DNA from: Candidatus Odinarchaeota archaeon
GTDB taxonomy: Archaea; Asgardarchaeota; Odinarchaeia; Odinarchaeales; Odinarchaeaceae
Length of the DNA stretch: 32,000 bases
Direction of reading: 5' to 3'
Assembly: GCA_038826135.1 (NCBI GenBank)
Contig: JAWBON010000005.1
Coordinates: forward strand, 1 to 32,000
Of the stretch, positions 25,038 through 32,000 are shown piece after piece. The notes under the pieces were generated by a model that was not told where the DNA came from, searched no databases, and saw nothing but the letters and a program-made list of their open reading frames with translations. The first letter of the stretch is position 1; each line of letters opens with the position of its first letter. Both the position numbers and the translations under genes were made by a program.

Positions 25038-26021
25038 ATGATGGTTAATGAAAAAGAAATAGTCTGGGTGGAAAAATACCGACCGAGAACACTTGAAGAG
25101 ATTATAAACCAGAGGGAGATTGTAAACCGTTTGAAAGCTTTTGTATCTAAAAAATCAATGCCCAACCTTATCTTCTCAGGACCGGCTGGAACAGGTAAAA
25201 CCACATGCGCGTACGCTCTTGCAAGAGGATTATACGGTGAAGCGCTGCAGGGGAATATACTAGAACTTAACGCGAGCGATGAGCGGGGTATTGAAACTAT
25301 TAGAACTAGGGTTAAAGACTTTGCTAGAAGTTCTGTTCTAGGAGATGTGCCGTTTAAACTCTTAATATTAGATGAAGCGGATAATATGACAGCTGACGCT
25401 CAGCAGGCTTTAAGAAGAACTATGGAAAGGTACAGCCGTAATACTAGATTCATACTTGACTGTAATTACAGCAGTAAGATCATTGAACCAATCCAATCAC
25501 GTTGCGCTATTTTCAGGTTTAAACCATTGTTAAAAGAGGATCTTACAAGTTATCTGCAGATGATATGTGAAAAAGAGGGAGCGGAGATTACTCAGGATGG
25601 ATTAGAGGCTATATACTATGTTTCGGAAGGTGATATGAGGAAAGCTATTAACGTACTTGAAGCCGCCGCCTCGATTAACACTAAAATAACCCCGGATGTA
25701 ATATATCAGGTTACAGGTATGGCTAGACCTGAAGAGGTAAGAGATATGATAAACTTGGCCTTGAAGGGGAAGTTTTCAGAGAGCCGTTCAAAGCTCAGAG
25801 CTCTTTTAATAGATTACGGTCTTTCCGGAGATGAGATACTTAAACAGATCTTCAATGAAGTATTAAAGCTGCCTATCGAAGAGAAACTTAAGGTTCAATT
25901 AACTGAAAGTTTAGGGGCGACCGAGTATAGAATAAACCAGGGGGCTAGTGAGGATATACAGTTAACAGCTCTGTTAACAAAACTGGTTTATATAGGCAGT
26001 CAGATTAACATGTTAAAGTAA
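25038..26021 (+). CDS. rfcS: Replication factor C small subunit
   Basis: WVEKYRP, Walker A GPAGTGKTT, ELNASDERGI, LDEAD, AQQALRRTME, SRC motif. No intein. Confidence 0.96.
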   Translation: MMVNEKEIVWVEKYRPRTLEEIINQREIVNRLKAFVSKKSMPNLIFSGPAGTGKTTCAYALARGLYGEALQGNILELNASDERGIETIRTRVKDFARSSVLGDVPFKLLILDEADNMTADAQQALRRTMERYSRNTRFILDCNYSSKIIEPIQSRCAIFRFKPLLKEDLTSYLQMICEKEGAEITQDGLEAIYYVSEGDMRKAINVLEAAASINTKITPDVIYQVTGMARPEEVRDMINLALKGKFSESRSKLRALLIDYGLSGDEILKQIFNEVLKLPIEEKLKVQLTESLGATEYRINQGASEDIQLTALLTKLVYIGSQINMLK

Positions 26022-26037
26022 CTGTCTTATTATATAA

Positions 26038-26053
26038 CCCGGTAATCCCCGGG
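26038..26053. terminator. Short GC hairpin between convergent rfcS and truA
   Basis: CCCGG-TAATCC-CCGGG in an AT-rich convergent spacer; function is inferred only. Confidence 0.3.
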
Positions 26054-26079
26054 GTAAAGATATTTTGCATTCGAAAAAT

Positions 26080-26892
26080 CTATAATTTATTATTCAAGAA
26101 CTCTAACATACCGTTGCTTAATCGCTGCTTCACACGGTGAAATTTTTCAAGCCGGTCTATGTATTCTATTAATCTTTTTAAACTGTACCAGTCTATATCA
26201 AATTCGAAAGAATATTTTATATCATATAAAACTAAACCTTCAGCCGGAGCGGGTTTAAGCTTTGGATCGAAGATGTCAAACGGATCTAGTATCCTATCCA
26301 CAATATCAGGCTCCATCAGACGTAGACCGATCGACTTTAATAATGTAACTGTTTTTCTAACCATCTTCCATAAGAATGATTTAGCCTTAAACTCGTATAT
26401 CACCATGTTATCAGCTAATTTCACATCGATTTTATCAATAACACATAGGGTACACCTGGTTTTATCTGGTTTTGAAAGTTTTTTAAAATCATGCTCCCCT
26501 TCAATTTTTTTAACAACGCTTTTAATAAGCTTAAGATCCTCCCCCTGATAAGGCGAGTAGTACCTGTAAATCTTAAAAGATGCGTCCTGCCGTGGATTAA
26601 AATTTGCTGGAACCCCCGATTTAGCCCAGAAAAATAAGCCTTGGGGTAAAAGTGAATTAATTAACCGAATATTAGGAGGAGTTGACGTGTTAAATGCGAG
26701 AACTTGGCTTAACGCCGATACACCCGCATCAGTTCTACTAGCATAGGAGAAACCCGCGTCTCGGAGATTATTAATATAAGATGACTTTTTAAGCGCGGTT
26801 ATAGCAGCATCCTCTATTGTAGGCACACCTGGCTGTCTTTGAAACCCATGGTATCCAGCACCATCGTAGAAGAGTTTTAAAGCGTATCTCAT
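26080..26892 (-). CDS. truA: tRNA pseudouridine(38-40) synthase
   Basis: YALK..YDG..YHGFQRQP, ASRTDAGVSA (catalytic Asp), F..R, HDF, SFLWKMVR, PAPAEGL.L. Start ATG 26892. Confidence 0.93.
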   Translation of the reverse strand: MRYALKLFYDGAGYHGFQRQPGVPTIEDAAITALKKSSYINNLRDAGFSYASRTDAGVSALSQVLAFNTSTPPNIRLINSLLPQGLFFWAKSGVPANFNPRQDASFKIYRYYSPYQGEDLKLIKSVVKKIEGEHDFKKLSKPDKTRCTLCVIDKIDVKLADNMVIYEFKAKSFLWKMVRKTVTLLKSIGLRLMEPDIVDRILDPFDIFDPKLKPAPAEGLVLYDIKYSFEFDIDWYSLKRLIEYIDRLEKFHRVKQRLSNGMLEFLNNKL

Positions 26893-26903
26893 GAGTTGAC
26901 ACG

Positions 26904-27425
26904 TTATTTTAAGTGTTTCAATATGTGGCCGCATTCTGGAATGATCAGTTTCTCGAGAGCGAGTTGAACCGCGGCCGGTGACCCGGGTAGGCAGAATATT
27001 ATCTTATCTTTTAATATCCCTGCTGTTGACCTAGTTAGCATTGAAGACGAACTTATTTGATCATAGCTGAGTTTTCTTAAAAGCTCGCCGAAGCCGGGTA
27101 TTTTCTTCTCAAATAACGGTTCCAATGTTTCAATCGTTACATCCCTCTTTCCAAGTCCTGTTCCACCGCTAAACAGTATTACGTTAACGTTTGACGCTAA
27201 CAACTGCAGTAATTGCTTGGTTATCTCTGAACGCTCATCCGGCACATAGTGGCTGGAGTGAACTGTAAAACCGTTTTTCTGTAAAATATTTTTCATCAGT
27301 GGAGTGGTTTCATCATTGATTATCTCACCGTTTATGTACTGGGTGTATCTACTATCGCTTACAATAACTATAGCAAATGATATTTTTGTAGGAGCGTCTT
27401 GCTTGTGCTGCGCTGGTATATTCAT
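26904..27425 (-). CDS. moaB: Molybdenum/tungsten cofactor biosynthesis protein MoaB/MogA
   Basis: VIVSDSR, VPDE, SGGTGLGKRDVT.E, PGFGEL.R, FCLPGSP.A. Confidence 0.92.
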   Translation of the reverse strand: MNIPAQHKQDAPTKISFAIVIVSDSRYTQYINGEIINDETTPLMKNILQKNGFTVHSSHYVPDERSEITKQLLQLLASNVNVILFSGGTGLGKRDVTIETLEPLFEKKIPGFGELLRKLSYDQISSSSMLTRSTAGILKDKIIFCLPGSPAAVQLALEKLIIPECGHILKHLK

Positions 27426-27560
27426 TTAAATCGCCTTAAGATACATTAAGAATGGTAATTATAATAATATACTTTACTCATTTATGTTTTTTGATTACTG
27501 AAATCGGAGAGTAACTATGATTTATAATCTTGGGAGTTTAATATATTAAAATAAAGCTAT

Positions 27561-28040
27561 ATGGAGCTGGCTGAGTTGAGTGATAGTAAAATTACCATGG
27601 TGGATATTTCCGGTAAGGAGGATGTTCTCCGGGTGGCTACAGCTGTCGGGGTGATAAAGCTTAAAAAGAAAACTATTGAAGCGATTAAAAAAGGTGAGAT
27701 AAAGAAAGGCGATCCTTTAGTGAATGCTAGGTATGCTGCTGTTAACGCTGTGAAACACACGTCTTCGCTTATTTTCCTAGCCCATCCTATTCCTATAACT
27801 AATGTGGATGTTAACTTTAAAATTAATGATGAAGAGAACTCTATAAGAGCGGAGGTGACTGTTAAATCAATAGGTAAAACAGGTGTTGAACTTGAAGCTT
27901 TAAACGGTGTTATGATAGGTTTATTATCGATATGGGATATGTGCAAGTATCTTGAAAAAGACGAACAGGGGCAGTATGTTGAAACAGAGATAAAAGGCGT
28001 CAAAGTGGTTAAAAAGGAGAAGCTTAAATTAAAGGTTTAA
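27561..28040 (+). CDS. moaC: Cyclic pyranopterin monophosphate synthase
   Basis: MVDISGK, R.ATA.G, KKGDPL, A...AVK.T..LI..AHP, TGVELEAL.G, IWDMCK. Confidence 0.95.
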   Translation: MELAELSDSKITMVDISGKEDVLRVATAVGVIKLKKKTIEAIKKGEIKKGDPLVNARYAAVNAVKHTSSLIFLAHPIPITNVDVNFKINDEENSIRAEVTVKSIGKTGVELEALNGVMIGLLSIWDMCKYLEKDEQGQYVETEIKGVKVVKKEKLKLKV

Positions 28041-29068
28041 TATCTACTCTGCGTTGTCTCTTTCAATTTTTTCAGTTCAGCGCGCAGACTCTCATTTTCC
28101 TCGATTAAAAATCTATTCTGCTTCTCAAACTCGCTGAACTGGTTTTTTAAAGAGGCTAGAGCTTCATCTATATTCAAAATGGATGTTTGAAGAGCTCTTG
28201 AACGCCAAACATTCCGCTCCTCCACTAATTGACTTATACGCTCAAGATATTTTTTCTTAGTTTCTTCAAGCTGCTGAGATAATTCATTAATCTTCTCGTT
28301 TTCTATATTTTGTTTAGAAGCTTTTACGTTTTCTGATTCCTGAGTTACCCTGTCCTGAAGTTCCTTTATCTTTTGTTTTAATGCAATATTTTCAGATTTG
28401 AGTTCGGCCATCATGTTTTTATCGAATATTAAGCTGCTTTCAACCGACTCTTTTCCGAGGATTTCCTGGATCCTCTCTTGCAAACTATCGCGCTCTTCAG
28501 ATAGCCTGGAGACTTCAGCTTGCATCTCAAAAATCTTTTTCTCCGAGATGTCTAACTGCTCTGTCAGCTCGGAAATCTTTTCCTCCGACTCTGAAAGACG
28601 GGTTTTAATGTTTTTCAACAGTGGAAAAATGTTTTTTTCAAACCGTTGCAATTCAACTAAACGATTTTTTAAGAAGTGGATTTCTTCAACCATGAAGCTG
28701 TAGTCTTCGATTTTTCTAAATAATTGTATGAAATCATTTGAATAATTTATTATTTGAGTAATTCTGTCAGAGCTTATATTATAAATTTCTTCAGCCTCAA
28801 TATTTTTATCATCTATGATATTAGAGTAGTCGATAAGATTGGCTTCCATTTTTTCAAGGGAGCCTATTAATTTATCAATATCTTTAACTCCGCTTTTCTC
28901 AATATAGCTTCTAACAGTTTTACATAAAACTGCTAACTGTTTTATAGAGCTGCTTAAGAACTCTCTATATTCCTCGAAATCAATCATGAATAGTTTAGAT
29001 GTCAACGTGGATAGGAGGGCTCTTAACCTCCCTATTAGAAACTCAATAGACTGGGACATTTCAACCAC
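28037..29068 (-). CDS. Hypothetical protein with a long coiled coil
   Basis: E/K/L-rich heptad pattern over roughly the C-terminal 200 aa; no catalytic motif recognised. Confidence 0.7.
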   Translation of the reverse strand: MVEMSQSIEFLIGRLRALLSTLTSKLFMIDFEEYREFLSSSIKQLAVLCKTVRSYIEKSGVKDIDKLIGSLEKMEANLIDYSNIIDDKNIEAEEIYNISSDRITQIINYSNDFIQLFRKIEDYSFMVEEIHFLKNRLVELQRFEKNIFPLLKNIKTRLSESEEKISELTEQLDISEKKIFEMQAEVSRLSEERDSLQERIQEILGKESVESSLIFDKNMMAELKSENIALKQKIKELQDRVTQESENVKASKQNIENEKINELSQQLEETKKKYLERISQLVEERNVWRSRALQTSILNIDEALASLKNQFSEFEKQNRFLIEENESLRAELKKLKETTQSRY

Positions 29069-29263
29069 ACAGAGATTCTTAACACTTAAATAGTAGCGGC
29101 GTGGATTTTAACTTTACCATCCTGGAGTAAAAGATTCCACTTAACTATCACGGGTTAAAAACGCTTAATCTGTTTCATCAGTCTTATATGATATTCAGCT
29201 AATAGATTAAATTCGAAAAAGATTAAATACGTAATGGTACAGTTAATTTTAGGAAGTGGGGGT

Positions 29264-30661
29264 ATGGCTAGTAGACTTATGAGTAGAGAATATCAAACCG
29301 TAAGCGAGGTTGCCGGTCCTTTACTTGTGGTTGAGAAAGTTAAGGATGTAGGTTATTCAGAACTGGTTAAGATAGTGACCCCTGACGGCGAAATTAGAAA
29401 GGGGACTGTTCTAGAAGCTACAAAAGACAGGGTTATTGTACAAGTATTCGAGGGAACCAGTGGACTGAATATAAAGAATACTAGTGTAACTTTCACAGGG
29501 GAGACTTTAAAACTCCCTGTTTCCTCGGAGATATTGGGTCGTATTTTCAGCGGTAGCGGTGAGCCTTTAGACGGAGGCCCGGGGATAATAGCTGAAGATT
29601 ATTATGATATAAACGGTTCACCAATTAACCCTTATGCTAGAGAATACCCTAGAGAGTTTATTCAGACAGGTATATCTGTAATCGACGGTATGAACAGTAT
29701 AAGCAGAGGGCAGAAGCTGCCGATATTCAGCGGCAACGGTTTACCGCATAATCGTATAGCTGCGCAAATAGCTCGGCAGGCTAAGGTTCTCGGAAAAGAA
29801 GAGGAGTTTGCAATTGTATTCTGCGCTATGGGTATAACTGCTGATGAAGCTGCTTATTTCAAAAATAACTTTGAGAGAAGCGGCGCTCTTGAGAGATTAA
29901 CCATGTTCATTAACTTAGCTGATGACCCTGCTATTGAAAGAATTATTACTCCGAGAATGGCTTTGACAGCTGCAGAGTATCTTGCATATGACAAGGGGCT
30001 TAATCTACTAGTTATATTAACCGATATGACTAATTATGCTGAAGCTTTAAGAGAGATATCTGCTGCTAGAGAAGAGGTACCTGGTAGACGAGGCTACCCA
30101 GGTTACATGTATACTGATCTAGCTTCTATTTACGAGAGGGCGGGGCGTATTAAGGGTAGAAAAGGATCTATAACCCAGATGCCTATATTATCAATGCCTC
30201 AAGATGATATAACACATCCAATTCCGGATCTCACAGGTTACATAACAGAGGGACAGTTAATAGTGGATAGAAGCCTCCACAGGAAGGGAATTTACCCTCC
30301 TATCGACCCTAGGCCGAGCCTCTCACGTTTGATGAAAGAGGGTATAGGTAAAAACATGACTAGGGAAGATCACAGAGAGGTTAGCGATCAACTATACTAT
30401 GCTTATTCAACAGGATGTGATTTAAGAGATCTAGTAGCGGTTGTCGGGGAGGAGGCTTTAACAGATAGAGACAAGTTATATTTAAAATTCGCCGATGATT
30501 TCGAGAAACAGTTTATAGGTCAAGGAGAATACGAGGAAAGGAGTATTGAGCAAACCCTGGATTTAGCGTGGGAGTTATTAAGCATGTTCCCTGAATCAGA
30601 GTTGAAGAGAATAGACCCTGACACGATTAAAAAATTCAGTCCCAAGCATAGGAGAACATAA
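29264..30661 (+). CDS. atpB: A/V-type ATP synthase subunit B
   Basis: [85 protein letters not shown]. Likely ATG 29264 after GTGGGGGT; ORF-track start is 29234. Confidence 0.96.
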   Translation: MASRLMSREYQTVSEVAGPLLVVEKVKDVGYSELVKIVTPDGEIRKGTVLEATKDRVIVQVFEGTSGLNIKNTSVTFTGETLKLPVSSEILGRIFSGSGEPLDGGPGIIAEDYYDINGSPINPYAREYPREFIQTGISVIDGMNSISRGQKLPIFSGNGLPHNRIAAQIARQAKVLGKEEEFAIVFCAMGITADEAAYFKNNFERSGALERLTMFINLADDPAIERIITPRMALTAAEYLAYDKGLNLLVILTDMTNYAEALREISAAREEVPGRRGYPGYMYTDLASIYERAGRIKGRKGSITQMPILSMPQDDITHPIPDLTGYITEGQLIVDRSLHRKGIYPPIDPRPSLSRLMKEGIGKNMTREDHREVSDQLYYAYSTGCDLRDLVAVVGEEALTDRDKLYLKFADDFEKQFIGQGEYEERSIEQTLDLAWELLSMFPESELKRIDPDTIKKFSPKHRRT

Positions 30662-30708
30662 GAATTAACAGGTTATATTTTTTATTAAATAAATGTTAAC
30701 ATTTATTT

Positions 30709-32000
30709 ATGGAGGAACTTCACTTAGAAGTTTACAGTATAATACAGTCTATCGCTAAAAAATTTTATTTAAAACAACGACTTGAAATAAAAGACATATT
30801 ATTATCTGACGCGATTGATAGAATAGATGGGAATAGAAAAACAACTGGCAGGGTATATTTTGACGGGGAAATACTTCATATAAATAAGTTCGCGGTAAAA
30901 CAGAGTTTATTCAAAGAGTTTTTAATAAAAGAGGTAGCTAAAACATTTCTACCTAGGATTTTATTCAATATAGAGCGGTCTAAGGATTTCTGTTATTACA
31001 TCGCTTACAAGTTAACTAGAAATAAGAGTGAGTGGTTGAAAATATGGGAGGCCGATTCACCCCCTATTTATATGAAGGATTTAGCTTACACCCCGCAATA
31101 CGATCTTATTGAAATAGATAATATCACGGATGGTAGAGCTGTTAAGCTAATTTTTGATTTTTTCAGCGAGGCTGAGAAGTACAGGGATAAACTAGATCTA
31201 GAGGATTATTTACTATTTTATAACTCTATTCAGAAGGAGATAACCCCTAGAATATCAGAGCGGGATTACAAGTTACTACTAGAAATTTGCAAGTATAATA
31301 CACCTGACTTGACTACGCTTTCTAAAAATATGGGTTTAAGCGTTAAAAAAGTTAAAAGACATTATTATAAGCTTAAAAAACATTTATGGCTGAATTTTTT
31401 AGCTTTCCCGAACTGGAGTAAGATAGGTTTAGAATACGTGATCGTTCTTGTTGACCCGGTGAATAAACAGATATTAAATGTGAAAGAGCGGCTGGTGAAA
31501 CCGTATACCCGAATCATCCATCGAATCGGTGGAGGGGAGGCTTCTAAAATATTATTTATTTGCACACCGCCTTTCGGAACTATTTACGTTATTGAAAAAT
31601 ATCTCCGTAAACTAGAATATGATGGTTTAATTAAAAACTATAATATAATGAAGCCGGTAAAGTTTACGCGTTCAATTAACATGAAGCTTTTAAATATTAA
31701 ACGCGGGGAGTGGGAGTTGGAAAATATTGAGAAATCAAACAATGATTATCCTGTAATATATGAAATGGACTTAGGCTACCAGCCTCACCCCCCGTTATTT
31801 GATAAAGAGGATATTAGGATATTATTCGAATTAGATACAGCGCCTGGTGTTGAGAACCCGGTTAATAGAGTTTCTAAAAAAACTAGGATACCTAGAGGAC
31901 ATGTTTCTAAGAGGTTTAAAAGACTTAGAGAGGATGGATTTTTTATAAGCTACCCTGTAGTCTACCCTCCTTTAATCAAATTGCCTGAGACTATATTCAC
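30709..32000 (+). CDS. Multi-domain protein with two Lrp/AsnC-type HTH modules, 3' end outside window
   Basis: Hand translation from ATG 30709, open to the window end. HTH1: ERDYKLLLEI...DLTTLSKNMGLSVKKVKRHYYKL...PNWSKIGLE. HTH2: FDKEDIRILFEL...VNRVSKKTRIPRGHVSKRFKRLREDG. Confidence 0.72.
   Translation, partial: MEELHLEVYSIIQSIAKKFYLKQRLEIKDILLSDAIDRIDGNRKTTGRVYFDGEILHINKFAVKQSLFKEFLIKEVAKTFLPRILFNIERSKDFCYYIAYKLTRNKSEWLKIWEADSPPIYMKDLAYTPQYDLIEIDNITDGRAVKLIFDFFSEAEKYRDKLDLEDYLLFYNSIQKEITPRISERDYKLLLEICKYNTPDLTTLSKNMGLSVKKVKRHYYKLKKHLWLNFLAFPNWSKIGLEYVIVLVDPVNKQILNVKERLVKPYTRIIHRIGGGEASKILFICTPPFGTIYVIEKYLRKLEYDGLIKNYNIMKPVKFTRSINMKLLNIKRGEWELENIEKSNNDYPVIYEMDLGYQPHPPLFDKEDIRILFELDTAPGVENPVNRVSKKTRIPRGHVSKRFKRLREDGFFISYPVVYPPLIKLPETIF

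Noticed and set aside
25038-30661. Inteins in RFC small subunit or ATPase B
   Set aside because: Both proteins are of normal length with contiguous motifs and show no intein signatures.
80-31565. Short overlapping ORF-track entries (e.g. 80-400, 2364-2579, 3119-3340, 6028-6336, 6589-6915, 10114-10329, 12034-12312, 17616-17885, 22188-22601, 23559-24008, 26159-26548, 27557-28003, 28398-28703, 31365-31565)
   Set aside because: They are antisense or alternative-frame shadows of well-supported genes, with no recognisable motifs.
1-32000. CRISPR array, rRNA, IS elements, C/D-box guides inside tRNA introns
   Set aside because: No regularly spaced repeats, rRNA-like sequence or transposase were seen. 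The introns (14-35 nt) are too short for a C/D guide.

Overview
AT-rich archaeal housekeeping region. An Asgard archaeon is likely, possibly Odinarchaeia-like; this is inferred from a Rab-like small GTPase, Elf1, multi-OB RPA, archease, UPF0147 and archaeal-type TrpRS/PGK/RFC/A-ATPase B. It holds about 37 CDS covering pterin/F420/glycine-cleavage C1 metabolism, Mo/W cofactor, replication and tRNA metabolism, plus four tRNA genes. The main result is a dense set of bulge-helix-bulge (BHB)-type introns. All four tRNA genes are interrupted, with 9 introns in total, 7 of them at non-canonical positions. tRNA-Met(CAU) has four introns and exons as short as 7 and 8 nt. A protein-coding gene (UPF0147, 10033-10323, minus strand) is interrupted by a 27-nt BHB intron (10077-10103) with an in-frame stop; removing it at the BHB cut sites restores the conserved C-terminus. 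This suggests tRNA-endonuclease-type splicing of mRNA in this lineage. All structures were folded by eye and need RNA-level confirmation. Two CDS that run off the window edges (1-396 and 30709-32000) are absent from the ORF track and were translated by hand.
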